DNA of 64,000 nucleotides from Cenococcum geophilum. Its lineage: Eukaryota. A program made the translations under genes and the position numbers. This document shows, one piece after another, positions 39,101 through 53,534 of this stretch (positions are counted from its first letter, which is position 1; each line of letters opens with the position of its first letter). The notes under the pieces were generated by a model. It saw only the letters and a list, made by a program, of their open reading frames with translations, searched no databases and was not told the origin of the DNA. The stretch is taken from contig CP158636.1 of the NCBI GenBank assembly GCA_050273025.1, positions 4,402,001 through 4,466,000 on the forward strand. The letters run 5' to 3'.

Positions 39101-40755
39101 AATAACGCGGAGTTTATAGCCGCTCTAAACCCTAAAATAGCCAAAAAGTCACTAAATAAGTTAATTTAACTGGGATACTAGGAGAACGAACTCGTAAGAG
39201 ATATAGTGGTAGCCCTACGTGATTAAAAAGCTCGCTATTAGCCAAAGAAGATCAGGAAATTACTCCGTTACGATAAGTTAGAATGCAGTATTGTTAACGG
39301 ATAGATCTACTTCCGCTAATATCTCTTCGTCCCTAACGCCCTAGATCTCCACCTAGAAGTTACCCATCGCTCTTATAGTAGCGGCCCCGCTAGTTACCCT
39401 AGCTAAGTTAAAACTCTTAACCTCTTAAACTAAATATACTAGTAGCTAGGAATCTCCCAGTTTACAGCTACCTTCGTTAAAAACTATGCCTTATACTTTC
39501 GCACTAAGACCCCCTATTCTACCCCGCCTGGTTTCCTAAAGCTACTAGAATTACCCGCCCGCCTATAAACCAATATCTTAATTAACTATATTACAACGCT
39601 ACCGGTATACTAACGCTACGGTAAGGTATATAAATATATCCTTATTATTATAGACCGCCTAACTAAAATATAATACCTTATTTTAGTAATAGGACTCTTA
39701 ATAGAGGAGCTAGTTAATAGCTTTGTTAACAACGTATATAAGCTCCACGGTGCACTAAGCACGATTATCTTTAATTACAGCACACAATTTATTAGCGACT
39801 TCTGGCAATAACTAAGTAAACGCCTTAAGATAACCTTACAACTAAGCTTAGCCTAGCACTTAGAAACGGACGGCTAAACTAAAATTATTAACGCTGCCGT
39901 AAATAAATACCTCTATACTTTTATTAGCTTTATATAGGACAACTGGGTTAACTACCTACCGCTTACTAAGTTTACTATAAATAACTAAGTTAACGAGAGT
40001 ATAGGTATCTCCCCATTTTTTGCAAACTATAGCTTTAACCCTTACCTTAGAATTAAGCCTACTGGCCCCCGCCTACTAACACTATTAGTATAAGCAAAAA
40101 AGGAGTTCTTCCGCGCAGACTTTGTGGCCAACCGCTTTAAGCGGATATTAATATAGCTTAAGGCCCTAGCCCGGATTTTATAGTAACGCTATAAAGATAA
40201 TACTAATACCCGTAGGGATAAGAGCGCGTTATTCTACGAAGGTAATATAGTTATAGTTAGCTTAGAAAATATAAAGATAAATAGACTTAAGAAGAAATGG
40301 GACGATAAATAGGACGGCCCGTACCCCGTACTCGCAATATACTAAGGGGTAGTCGTAGTAGACCTCCTAGACTATATCTAAGTAAACAAATCCTTTTATA
40401 TATTTAAGGTCCGCCTCTAGGCTGCTAAAGAGATCTCTAGCTAAGCAAATATTAATACTATAGAGCGCCGTAATGTATAAGGACAAGTGGTAGAGAGAGA
40501 TAATGACGGCAATATAGAAGATAAATAGGAGTTTAAGAAAATCCTTAATATATATAACGAAGACCCCCGGGGCCTAACTTATAAGATTATATAGAAATAT
40601 TATAAGGATACAACCTAGCAGCTAGAGGAAGACCTAAAGGGTTGCGAATAAGCTATATAGCGCTTCTATAAGCAACACTCTAAAAAGCTAGGACCCCCAA
40701 ACTGGGCATAAGATAAGGAAAAGTCACGCTAAGGTCGCGGCCGACCACCGTATTA
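36200..40755 (+). pseudogene. Element D pol (PR-RT-RH-IN-chromodomain), RIP-inactivated
   Basis: VDSGST (36386), YLNDVLVF (~38177), [19 protein letters not shown], chromodomain at ~40525-40670. Confidence 0.93.
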
Positions 40756-41253
40756 AAATTTGTGGTGGTTAAGATGTTATAAAACTTTAACTAGCGGTTA
40801 AAGTTATCTAATTAGCCAAATTCTCGCCAAGAAACGCCACGCGGATTAATTTAGGTGGCGGTATGGAGTTCTACCGACCTTACTCACTAAATTAACCAAT
40901 TAGGATTTTCCATGCCCGGTATAAAAAATCGCCATTAGCTTAGTTAAGGGCGGTAAGCAGAACTAATATCTTTGCGGTAAAAAATAGGCAACCCTATACA
41001 CTGCCTATTTTTAAGTTATCTATTTAGTTTAGGGACTAAACTATCTAGGGAAGAGGAGTACTGTCACGGCACTAACCTAACGCATACTGTTTTATACTAT
41101 CTCGTACTATTTCCTACTATTAGCTGGCCCACTACTAGCGACTTAGTAGCCGGCCCTACTATTTATATATAATACCCCCTTTCCACCTTCTTCCCCTCTT
41201 TATACCATAACATAGTTATTTAGTCTACTTTATTGCAGCACTGTGACAATATA

Positions 41254-44200
41254 TTAGATAAGATTTCGGTAATTCTAATTTATAGGCTTAGTTTCCTTTA
41301 GTTTTCTTAACTATTTTAAAGGGTTTAAGCTACTGGTGATCCAGCTTCTTCTTAATGCGTTTTATTTAGATATTTTTTATAAATAGTAAAACTTCGTCTC
41401 CTATCTTAAATTCTTTCGGTATATATTTTTTGTTATAGTACCTTTTTTACACGGCCTGGGCGTCTAGCAAGTGCTTTTTAAGTTCCTCTCTGCGAATTCT
41501 TATTTGCTTAATTCTTTTAGACGCTACTAGTGCCTCTTTTTTAGGAATAATGTCCTCCACGTTCTAGGGGTTATTTGCTTTTACCCCAAACAATGCTTTA
41601 TAAGGGGTCATTTTTATACTGCTATAGATGTTTATGTTATATATATGCTACGCTAAAGCCAACCACAATGTCTAATTATCCTGTTAATAATTAATATAGC
41701 AGCGGAGGTAGTGTTCCAATAACGCATTTAGATGCTCTATTTGCCTATCTATTTACGGGTAGAAGGTAGTACTTATCTTTTGCTATATTTTTAATAAGAG
41801 ACAGAATAAAGACTAAAATGCACTATTAAATACGGTACCTCTGTTAGATATAATTCCCCTTAGCGTGCTAAATAAGAGCTACCGTTTTAAAAACAGGTCT
41901 GCTAGTTCTGCTACTATAATCGTTATTATAACAGCAAAGTATCCTAAAAACTTTATATACCTGTTAATAATTACTAGAATAGCGTTAGTAACCTCTCCAG
42001 TTCTTGTTTTAGTAGGGGGTAAGCCTATAATAAAATCTATTGTTAATTTTAATATAGGTCCCTGCGGAATAGGAAGTACTAATAACTTACCGTATAGGCA
42101 ATGCCTAGATATTTATATCCTTTAGTACGTATTACACCTTAATATATAGTCCTTAACCTCTTTAGACATTCCATCCTAAAAGTATTTCCTTTAAACGGCC
42201 TTAAGGGTTTTGTTGGCACCGTAGTAACCCCTAAGAGGGTTATTATGGAAGACCTTTAAAATTTCGTCTTAAATCGCTTGGTCCTTTAGGACATATATAG
42301 CACCCTTAAAGCGCAATAGACCCTTTTAGTCTTGCTATTATAGCTTTTTAGTAACTCTGGCTAAGTTGGTCTCCACTATATCTTTCTACCTCTCCCTAAA
42401 GGCAAAGGCGTCCCTTTATTAAGCTTAAAGAAAAAGATCTAGAAAGGTTTTATATAGATTACTTACTTCTATTTCGCCTACCGCTATTATAGACTTAAGG
42501 CGTGGTATAAGACGTTTTAAACTATTAGTGCTAGTAGATTCTTCTACTATTATATAGTATGCCACGCTGCGGATAGGCATCTTACCTATCCCCCTTAGAT
42601 CCGAAAACTTGTAGCTAATACGCCGTTAAGTTAAAGGTGCCGCGATACCTCTAGTACATTCCATAGAATTCTCACTAATTCTAAAGTACGCTAACTTTGT
42701 AACGTCTGCTTAGTCTATAACCTAATTTATAACTATATTTTACGGCTCCATAATTATATTGCTTTATAGCTACATTACTAGGACTTCTACCTTATTACGA
42801 AATTCTATAGTTTTAGGGAAAGAGTCTTCTTTCTTCCTAAGTAAATTTTGCAATGTGGGGATTATTTCCCCTATACTGTCCTAGATCCTCCCTATCTTAT
42901 AATCTAAACGTCTTAATAACCTATTAGTAGGATTTATCTTCCCTAGGCGGTACGTAATTTTTAAGTCGTACTATAATAGTACCTCTGCCTATCTCGCTTG
43001 TTAACTGCTTAATACCTTTATAGTTATAAAGTATTCTAGGTTATTGTGGTCTATAAGGACTTTAATAGGATAATTACTTTTTATATAATAATGTCGCCAG
43101 TGCTTTATTACTGCGATTATTATAAGTAGCTCCTAGTCGTGTATTATATAACGCTGCTTTATAGGGGTTATTTTCCTTAACTAAAACGCCATAGGATGCT
43201 ATTTTCCGTCTTTTAATTAAGATATAATTGCCCCTAGGGCAAAGCCGGATGCATCTGTTTTAAGGTATATATATAGCTCCTAATAGAAGTGTATTAGGAT
43301 AGGCGCTAATATAAATAAATTCTTTAACCGGTCTATAGCCTACTTAATAGCTTCCCTAAATATAAAAGGTCCTAACTTCTTGCTATTCTTAGATTCTTTT
43401 AGTAGATTAGTAATTGGGAGTATTACTTATAAGTAGTAAATAATAAACGTTCGGTAGAAGTTTGCTGTGCCTAAAAAAACCTATACTTTTCTAAATATTA
43501 TAGGGTAGGGCTATTTCCTAATGGCGTCTACCCAACTTTTCTCTATTAATATTCCATTAACGCTAACAATAAAGCCTAAAAAATTAATACTAGTAGTATA
43601 GAATGTGCACTTTTTTAGGTTTATATAGAGCTTGTATTCCTACAGTCTTTCTAGTATTATTTGCACGTGGTGCGTATATGCTTTATAGTTATTAGAGTAG
43701 ACTATAATGTTATTAAGGTAGACTATATATATTATATCCAACAGGCCTAATAATGCCTTATTAATATAGGCCTGAAATATCACTAGTGCGTTGGTGAGCC
43801 TAAATAGCATTACTAGGTACTTAAAGTGGCCGTACCGTATTTAGAATACCGTTTTTTACTTATCGCCGGCTTTAATCCGGATTTAATGGTATATATCTTT
43901 TAGATCTAATTTTATAAATATCTTTGCGCCTAATAGCCTGTTAATAAGCTCCCTTATTAAGGGTAATAAGTAGCAATTCTTTATAGTAATCTTATTTAGC
44001 GCCTAATAGTTAATATAGAGGTAAAGGGTCCCGTCCTTTTTGGGTATAAATATAATTGGTGCCCCTATTGGGCTTATAGAGGGCTAAATCCATCCTCTCT
44101 AAAGATTGTCTACTATATATTAACGTAGTACCGCCAGCTTATTTTCTAATAGGTTATATAGTAGTCTAAAAGGAGGTTATTTATCCCCTATGTCTATCTT

Positions 44201-44860
44201 ATACTTAACTAATATAGGGTTAGGTAAGGTTTGTGCAGCCTCTTTACTAGAAACATCCTCTAAGTCTGTATATTCCTGTAGAATCTCTAGTTTCTTAACT
44301 GCGTATAGCCAGACATCCGAAAATAAATATCCCGTGTCCCTGTTTTTAGTATTAAAAGTAGCATATATAGTATATGCCCACCCTTCTTCTTGCATATAGT
44401 TTAAGAAAGTCTCTTAATCTTTAACTATAATGCGCGGTTAAGACTTCCGATGTTAATACAAGGCCGAAGGCTAATTAATATCTGGATTAACTTAGTAAAG
44501 CTATGGGTATCCTAAAACAAGGTTATACCCCTTAATTTCTGCGGCATAGAAGCGCATCTCCTACGTATCTTATAGACTATCGCGGTCCTAGCTAGCTATG
44601 GAAAAAGCTTATTCCCTATAGTATGGAATCTAGTGGCCTCTAATACTTTAAATGGTGCGTACTTATGAGCCGCTAAGGTCCAAATCTAATTCTTTTACTA
44701 GTAATTGAGAAATAAACCCTATACTCGCGCCGCTGTCTATAAGGCAGTCTCGCGTCACCTATTTATTATTAACTTAAATAGAGACAGGAATAACTATGCG
44801 GTAGTTTACTCCCTCCTTCTCTTACTAGCCTAGTGTAAGGGAGTAAAGATCTACTAGGCT
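41254..44860 (-). pseudogene. Element B pol (PR-RT-RH-IN), RIP-inactivated
   Basis: IDSGASIGF (~44730), YGHFKYL..FRLTNAL, VYLNNIIVY (~43700), DASGFALGA, ISNRGTVF. Confidence 0.92.
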
Positions 44861-45900
44861 GTCTCTTTTCCTAATTAGGCTAACTCTTACTTCTTTTACT
44901 AGCAGAAGCGGCTTATATAGCCCTTCTTGCCGCAGTTATAATAGGTATGTGTCTCCTAGTTCCCTTTTTACGGATTAGGTCTCTGCCTATTGTTATTTTA
45001 GGGTTAACTAGCGTTGCTCTAGGGCTGCGAGGCCCGCTTACGTTGTCCTTCTATAGAGCGGTTAGGTTGGAATCTGCCCCTATTATTAAAGCTAGGTCTA
45101 GTCCTACGCTCTTTATTATTAGCGTCTTATTCCTTTTGCTTACCTAGATAGTCTTTTTTAGCACTCTTAATCCGAGTAGCTTTAGAGATAAGCTTTTCTT
45201 AAGAGGTAGGAATTTCGCCCTTCTCTTATATGGCCTATTAAATCTTAGGTTATAGCTTAGTAAGTAGCTAGTAAAGTTATATAGCGTTATTCTATAGATC
45301 TAAGTAGGGTATATTATCTTCTAATTCTTCTAAGTAGTTTATAAACTAGACCATAGTCTAACTATCCCGCTATTTGGCGTTATAGTATCGCTAGTTATAG
45401 TCCATCCCTTAATTAGTAGGGTCTTAGACTTAATTAACCAACTAGGTCCTAAGTTTGCTAAATTTAAGGGGTATAGTAAGTTTCTTCTTATAGCGTGTCT
45501 ATAAACTCTTAACGGTGCTACGTAGGAAGGTAGAAGTAATTAGTGTCTAATTATACTTATTAGAGTAACGTTTTGGATTTAGCCGAAACTTAGTTTCGCA
45601 TTATTAGATAAAACGATTGCAGTTCTAAAGACTATTACTATAGTACTTATTAGGTTCCTTTATATAGAATTTAGGTTTTTTTAACGTTATAGTATAGTGT
45701 GGCGTTACCCCTTTAAGTCCGCTTTGTGTTTAGGGTATCTATACTTCCCCTAATTATCCTTACAATTGTTCTTAGTAGTCTTAATATACTTATCTTAATT
45801 GTATCTCTAACTTCTTTATTTTTTATAGGGTCTTATATAGTAACCGCTCTAATAACTTCCTAGCGGTAATTATTTTTAAGGGTCTTACAAGGTTAGACGG
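44860..45900 (-). pseudogene. Element B gag, RIP-inactivated
   Basis: Zinc knuckle (C)YNCGKKG(H)ISRFC at ~44900-44945. Confidence 0.8.
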
Positions 45901-46059
45901 ACTAGCCGTAGCTTCTTTATAGGAAGAGGGAATGCGCTTCTCTAGGGAGACTCTTTAAGCCTCTTATAGTAAGGGCGTTGCTTTATGGGGTACAGGAGTA
46001 TAATCCGTTATTATTAATTAATAGCCGTACGTTCCTAACGGATTATAAGTGATTAGAAT

Positions 46060-46389
46060 TATAAAAGGCTAGCCTAACTAGAACGTATAATTATTTAATT
46101 AATAGTGTTACTGGTAAGTAGAAGGTAAGTTAAAGGTAAGTTAAAGGTAAGTTAAAGGTAGAATAAGTTTTACGTATTAAAGGACAAATGCTTCTAACTA
46201 CTTCTATTTAGAGACTAATCGCTAGTTCTTCTCTAGAGGGGAACTAGCTTCCTATATATTCCTTCTAAGACGCTAGTAAAACCTTTTGCCCCTAACCTGT
46301 TTAACTATGTCTTCTGGAATATAGATGGGATATAGATAAAACCTCCTACCATCTTATCGGATATATACCTCCTAGGGGATTCCGTTACA
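46060..46389 (-). repeat. Element B 5' LTR (330 bp; three copies of AAGGTAAGTTA)
   Basis: Direct repeat of 22845-23196. Confidence 0.93.
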
Positions 46390-46394
46390 CTCTA

Positions 46395-49300
46395 ACTTAT
46401 TTTTTTAAGTTACTGTAATTTTTAGATAATTGTATCTAATTAGTCCATCTATATCTTTTTGCAGTAAAGCCCCTAATGACTTTTTATCGTTTTATAGTTT
46501 AGCTTTTTAACTTAATATATTTGCTTGCGTATTGTCTATGCCTTTAGTATATTAAATCTTAAAATAGTATTCTATAAGTATCTTTGCCCATCTAACCTAC
46601 CTTTAGTTAAGTTCCTTTGTCGTTAGGAATCCTATTAGGTTCTTATAATCCGTCTTAACTATAAATAGTTTCTCTATATCTTATAAGAATACTCTCTATT
46701 TTTTTAGTGCTATAACTATACCTAATAACTCCTTATTATAGATGTTATAGTTTAGTTTTAGTAGTATCATTTTCCGACTATAGTATATTACTAGGTGCTA
46801 TCTATCTAGATGCTTTTATATAAAGTATACCCCTAGTATAAAGTTTAATATATCTATTTTTATAACCGTCTCTAGTCCTAGTTAATAGATTTTAAAAACT
46901 AGTTCCTAGGTAAATAACCTCTTAACTTTCTTAAATAGTTCTTATTATTCTTTTCCCTATATCTATAGTTCTTCTTTCTTTATTAGTCGCGTAAATAGCT
47001 TAATATCTTTTAATTACTGCGCTATAAACCTTCTATAGTAATTACAAAACCTTAGGAATAATCTTAACTATATAACGTTCTCTAGTTCTTACTAATTCAC
47101 TATAGCCTTAATCTTCTTTAGATCTATACTAAGTTGGCCTAGTTTAATAATAAATCCTATAAAATTGGTCTTCCTAGTAAAGAACTCGTATTTCTTAATT
47201 ACTACTAGCATCTATTCTTCTTATAGTCTCTTTAAGACCTATTTAACGTGTTCTTTATATTCTTCCTTAGTTATTAAATAGATAATAATATTGTTAAGAT
47301 ATACTATAATAAATTCATCCAAGTATTCTCCTAATATATTATTAATTTACTTCTAAAATATTACTAGTGTGTTTATAAGCCCGAATTGTATAACTAATAG
47401 TTTATATAGTCCTTCCTTTGACCTAAAGGCTGCCTTCTATTTATTGCCTTCCTTAATCCTAATCTAATGGTACGTCTATCTTAGATCTATCTTTATAAAG
47501 ATTTGCGCATTGCCTATCCTATTTTAGATTTCGCTAATTAAGGGTAAAGAATACCTATCCTTCCTAGTAATGCTATTTAACTATCTATAGTCAATATATA
47601 GCCTTAGTTTACCATTTTTCTTTAGTATAAATAGTACTGGATAACCCGCTAATAACTATAATAGTTTGATATATTCCTTTTATAAGTTTTCTTAAATAAA
47701 CTCTTTTAGTACTCTACCTTTTTCTTTAGTAAGCTTATAAATTAAAAAGAACCTTAGACTTATTCTTAGTTCTAATTTTATCTTATAGTCTTATACTACG
47801 TACTCTAATAGCTTTTTACTTTTTGGTGACTATAGTTTCCTACCATACTTATAGTATCTCTTTAGTATATAGCTTAATCCTTTCTCTATTTCTTTATAGG
47901 TCGCTCCTACTTAGTACTATATTAACTTAGCTTATTATTACATTTTGCGGTATTAAGTATTTTTAATATTAACCTAACCTATAATCTAATTAATCTTTAA
48001 ATTATATTCCTATAACTAAGGTATTCCTAATACTGCCTTATTATTCCCTAATAGTAATATGTTAAAAGATATCTTAATTTATCTTCCTTTAATAGTTAGC
48101 TAAATAGGTCCTGTTTTAAGGTTAATAATACCTCCTCTATAGGCTATTAGATCTCCTAAAATTGTTACTAATAGGTAAAAACGTTCCTTCTGTCTATATA
48201 GTAACCCTATTCTTTTAACTGCTATTGGCAAGATATAGTTCCTTATTACTCTATTATCTATTAGCGCCTTAAACTATTAATCTTACCATTTAACTTATAA
48301 ATTTAGGTGTTATTCTTAAATTCCTTTAAGGGTTTAAGGCTTTACTACTAGTTCCCTTTAGTTTTATAGGCCTTTACTTTTCCTAACTATTAGCTACTAA
48401 ATCCTATTTATACTTAGTCTAACTTAGGCTAATACTTAGTTTACTTTTTATCTTTAATATACTATAGATTGGTATTCTCTAAATATTCCTACCATTATTG
48501 TTTATCTAGGCATTCTTCTATAAGAAATCTTCCTGGTTAAAGTATTAAGTCCCCTTATTCTTAAACTTCCACTAGGTGCTAACTATACATATACTTAGCA
48601 TTTTAATATTTTACCTCGTCCATTATCTAATATATCCTTATTAAATACTTCTAATTTTTATTTTTAGGTGTTCTATATATGTTATATATATTATTTATAC
48701 ATGCTATCTATAATAGTATATAATGTACTTAATGTCTTAGGTTAACTCTCGGCTCGTCTTTATCCTTAAGTTTAAACCTTTCTTATATTAATTTAAGCGT
48801 TGCGACTTTATTTATAGGTACTAAGATTCGTCTCTTACTTCTCTAGTCCTCTAATTACTTCTCTAGATCCTTTAATATTATAATTAAGGCTCCTTTAATG
48901 TAAGTTATAGCCTTTTCCGTAATTAGGTGGTTTTAGATAACTTTTCCATCTAACTATATATAGAAATCTTCCCACTTGTCATTGTGTTATTATCTATACC
49001 ACTTTTAATATAGCTGCTTAAGTATATACGGCTTATCCGTAAGGAAGTATCTTCTTATTACTGTATTATAATAGCCCTTTATATGTCGTTCTTTAAACCT
49101 AGTAGGAATTTCTAAATCCTCTTCTTATTCCAGTTCGGTAAGCCACTTAGCTCTTAGTATGCCTACTTTAGGCCTATTAGTAATTCTTTATATTAGCGCT
49201 CTATCCTTTATACGTCCTAATGTATTAGATCTCCTATTTAGCTTCTATTCTTACTATATAGTAATTCTTACTCTAAACTCTACTATAGTTTCTTTTCTTT

Positions 49301-51305
49301 CGCGTTTTATAAGTAGATCCTTAAAGTCTTCCCACTTCTTAATCTTAGTATTAACTTTTTAATCTTTAGGCCGAATACTGCGTTCTCCTAGTAAGTCCTC
49401 TAAGTCTATATATCTATCTCCTAGTCTAACTACTATTTATATTACAGATTCTCTAAATTATAAAGAAGTCTCTTACCTCTTACTTATAGGTGTCCTAATT
49501 TATACTCCAAATTCTTAGTCCCTTAGATTCTTTAATCCTAAGCTTACTTCTAACTTAAGCTTAGCTCCCGCCTTAGTCTAACTAGGCATCTATAGTGTTC
49601 TTATCTTATCTTAAAAGTCTTAAATCTTACTCATCTTATCTTAAGAATCTTGTGCCGTTAGGAACTCTTATCCTAAGCTTATTTATATATTTCTAAACTA
49701 AGCTACTACTTTACTCTATTAGTTATTGTCCGTAGTAGGTTCTTAAGCTTACCTTATCTCGTCTTAAGAATCTTAGTTATCTCTTATCTTATTATAAGAA
49801 TCTTAAGCCTTTGGCTTCTTACCTTTATTAAGTGCTAAAGTAGTTCGCTATTCTACTTCTCTTACGTCTTATAAAGCAATAGATATTATATCTAGCGGGG
49901 TCTTAATCCCTACTAATGTTCCCTATTCTGTAGTAGAATTATCCTCTACCTCTTATATAATATCTTTAAGGTCTATATACCCCTAATAAGCTACCTTTAT
50001 CGCCTTATTATTATGGAATGTTTCGCCTATATTAGATTTATTGTCCTTAATATCTAATCTATAAACTAGTTTATTAGTTCCTCTATACTCTATAGATTTT
50101 AGCTCCTATAGCTAATAGCTTACGCCATACTTAGCGTCTTTATAAATTTGGTATATATTATTGTAACAAAACGCAAAGCTTTTAATTAAACATTCTTTTA
50201 TTCCTTATAGTACACTATTATCCCTCTATACGTATATGCCTTCTACTACTAGTCTAGTTCCCTTTATTATATAATAACTCTAACTATCTTTATAATCCCT
50301 TATAAAGTAACCTTATTTTCCATAATTTATATAAGCTCCGTCTTTAAACTATTAACTTTACTATAGAGTCCGCCTAAATATCTTCTGCTATTAAGATCCC
50401 TGGTTTAGCCTCTGCTCCTTAGTCCTATAATTACTAGATCCTTAACCTCTAGGTTTTTATAATTTCTTACTCTATCTCTTATAGGTTTCTTTAGTATTAC
50501 TTAGGTCTATTAGCTCTACGCTATACTATAGTTTCTAACTTAGCTTTAGTTGTTGCGTGCTCTACGCCTTATATAACTATAAAACTCTATCTTAACCTCT
50601 TTTAGTCTGTTCCCTTTAGTAGATCTAATTATTAATTTTAATCGCTTAATCTATTAATTCCTATAGGGTGTTCGTATCTTCTATTAGGATAATTATATCT
50701 TAGATTTTAGCCTTAAGTCCTTGTTTATACTATGCCATAAGCGCCTTATTATTCCACTTAACTTATATTACTAATATTTAAAACTGCGTTATATACTTAA
50801 TTGCTAAGATTCGCTATATAATATCTTAGAGTTTTCTTTCCGCCGTAGTTGTCGCCTCTAGGTCTTTAAATATTTACGTAAGTCGTTTAATAAATTTATT
50901 CTAGCTTAAAAATATAAACCATACCTCTTAGTTTATAGTTATTATTCCGTTTACTTATATTTCTATAAGGTAAGACTTAAACTCTTTAAGTGCTCTTCCT
51001 ATTAAGAATAGCCCTATATACACTATTTGATCCATAGGTATCGCCAGCTTTACTCCCTCTTGCGTAACCTTAAAGTATATTTATATAAAGAATCCTTTAA
51101 GCTTTAATCTCTTTCCTAAGAATCTTTTAATTAATAGTAATTTAACCTTTACTATGCCTATCCCGTTAATCCTATTTTTAAGTACTATATTATTCTCCAT
51201 TAACTAGTTAACTATTTCTTATAATTGTTTTACTATTATAGGTTATTACGAGTTAGTGTCCGCTATACTAGTATCACCCCCTAACCTTAAAGTAGTTGCC
51301 GCCAT
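46395..51305 (-). pseudogene. Element A gag-pol, N-terminal part (gag, long linker, PR, RT, RH)
   Basis: ATG at 51305, gag RF*GKRLKLKGF-like motif, protease ALIDN (~48255), RT KAAFRSKEGLY and YLNNIIIY, RNase H IYNKELLGIV. Confidence 0.88.
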
Positions 51306-51383
51306 CAATAGCGTTATAGTGGCTGCTTTTAGTAGTATATTATTTAACTTTCTATATTTAATACCGTAACTAGGTAGTAATTA

Positions 51384-51806
51384 TATAACGGAACATTATA
51401 GTAAGTACTATAATAGGCTCGTTAATAGGCTAGGTATATAGGTAATGCAAATTAAAGTTAACAATGTAATAATAACTGGTAGAGTAGTTGCCTAATAGAT
51501 TAACTCTAATTATATTCTAAAAATTACTATAAGGAAGAAACTATCTAGGTAGGGACTAAGGGTCCTTAAATACACAACTATACTCCTATAAAATCCTTTT
51601 TATACGTAATATACGTATTATATATAAGGTACGTAAGTTCCTCTTATTCCTCTCGTTTAATACGTAGTATGTTATATAACCTTAGTTACTATTCCTCGTT
51701 ATATAGTTCTACCAGATCTATCCTAGACCGTGCTTTTATTAATTAACTAGCTTCTTCTAACTCTTCTTTAAGTAGTTGTAATATTGTACTTAAAGCGTCT
51801 GTAATA
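51384..51806 (-). repeat. Element A 5' LTR
   Basis: Direct repeat of 20310-20732. Confidence 0.93.
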
Positions 51807-51811
51807 AAAGA

Positions 51812-52708
51812 CCTTAATAGTAACACCTATAAATAAAATTAAAATAACTATATATAAACCCGACCTATTAAATACAAACCCTAAACTAGTAATAGTAGCT
51901 TAACCTATACCTATAACGAACCTAGTACTTACTACGAAATCTAAAAAGCTCCCTAACCCTCTAATATTTAATAGAAATTAAAATAACCTATATCCCTTTA
52001 TAACTAAGCTCCGTCTTAAACTTTTAATAAACTATAACTAATACCCTACTAAAGCTAGCAAAATTAGCTATAGAATGTCTTATTTAAGTAAAGACGCTAT
52101 ATAAACTATAGACCTATTCTTCCGTAATAGTACCTTTATTAATTTTAAAATCTTTATCTCTCTATTAGAACGAATATATAATAACGCTAGCCGTAAATAT
52201 ATAGCGGTTACTAAACTTAAAAACCTATAATAACGGAACCGAGACTTTACTAGCTTCTTTTTAAAATTTTTAGGCCTTATTAGTAAACTAGATTAAAATA
52301 AAGCCGCTAGAGTTACTGCTCTTTATTAAGCTATTTTAGATAAAATTAGAGTATAGTTAGTAGGTAAAGAACTGCTAAAGGACTTACCCGAATTTACTAT
52401 AATAAATTAATAAATTAATAAGGACCTTTAATATAATAAATAGACTTATTCCCTAAAGCTAACTACACCTTATATTTAAAACTTTATAAAACCAGTATAT
52501 ACCCTAAAGCGCGATCCGTCTCTAAGGCCTAAAAGCCCTATATATAACCCTATAAACCTTAATACTACTTAATCCTATATACCCTTAGGAACTAATAAAT
52601 AAAGAATATAAGCCGTAAATAGAGAATGCTTTAGATATAGAAAAAGGGGACATATTTAAAGAAATTACTAAACTTACCCTTTTAAAAAGATCTAATATAG
52701 TTCCTCTT
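51812..52708 (+). pseudogene. Element E gag (continuation), cut by element A''
   Basis: LPNPLIFN..TKLRLKL and zinc knuckle CFRYRKKGHI*RNY at ~52627-52668. Confidence 0.8.
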
Positions 52709-53534
52709 TATAACGGAACCTTGTAGTAGGTACTACAATAGGTCCTATTAATAGGCTAGGTGTATAGGTAATACAAATTAAAGTTAACAACGTAATAATA
52801 ACTGGTGGAGTAGTTGCCTAATAGATTAACTCTAATTATATTCTAAGAATTACTATAAGGAAGGAACTATCTAGGTAGGGACTAAGGGTCCTTAAATACA
52901 CAACTATACTCTTATAAAATCCTTCTTATATATAATATACGTGTTATATATAAGGTACGTAAGTTCCTCTTATTCCTCTTATTTAATATATAGTATATTA
53001 TATAACTTACTTACTGTTTGTACCAATTTAATGGTACAAGTGAGTCGTGTCTAGGGGCACGAAATACGTATAGTATCGTATGCTTATTTAGACGGTGGTG
53101 ACTGTCGATTGTATGAAGCAGACTACGTAGTCTATATACTGATGCGCCTCCCCCCTAATTAGTCAGTGCTTTAGAAGTGCACTAGACGCGTAAGCGGGTG
53201 GTTGGTGCACCAAACGCGTAAACGCGTACTTGGCGTACCGAGCGCGTAAGCACGCGGTTGGTACGATAGGTGCTGTAATTATACACTGGCGGTACTTGGA
53301 AAATGAAACCACTTATGTATAGCCTCCGTAATTGTCTTAATAGAACTATAAAACACATAAGAAAATACATAGGAAATCCCTCTTGAGGTGCCTTCTGGGT
53401 TGCCTTCCAAATGGTGCTTTAAGCTGGCCGTAAGTCCTGCTTACGGTCCGTAAAATGAACTGTACGGCCTTTTGACGGGCCGTGAATGCACCGTACGGCC
53501 TTCCGACGGGCCGTGGCTGAACTGTAAATGCTCC

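Larger units (their letters stand above)
34361..41248 (+). mobile_element. Gypsy (chromovirus) element D, full length (6888 bp), TSD ATATA
   Basis: 187-bp LTRs at 34361-34547 and 41062-41248 (TGTCAC..GTGACA). ATATA on both sides. PPT AGGGAAGAGGAG at 41047-41058. Confidence 0.95.
22845..46389 (-). mobile_element. Gypsy (chromovirus) element B, full length, TSD CTCTA, hosting elements C and D
   Basis: LTRs at 22845-23196 and 46060-46389. CTCTA at 22840-22844 and 46390-46394. PPT complement CCTCCCCTTTT after the left LTR. Confidence 0.93.
20310..51806 (-). mobile_element. Gypsy (chromovirus) element A, full length, TSD AAAGA, hosting element B
   Basis: 423-bp LTRs at 20310-20732 and 51384-51806. 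AAAGA at 20305-20309 and 51807-51811. PPT complement at ~20736-20755. About 7.9 kb after removing B. Confidence 0.93.

Noticed and set aside
40896..40914. Match to the mammalian ERSE (CCAAT-N9-CCACG)
   Set aside because: The spacing is similar, but the motif reads CCATG/CCATC and the ATF6 pathway is not established in fungi.
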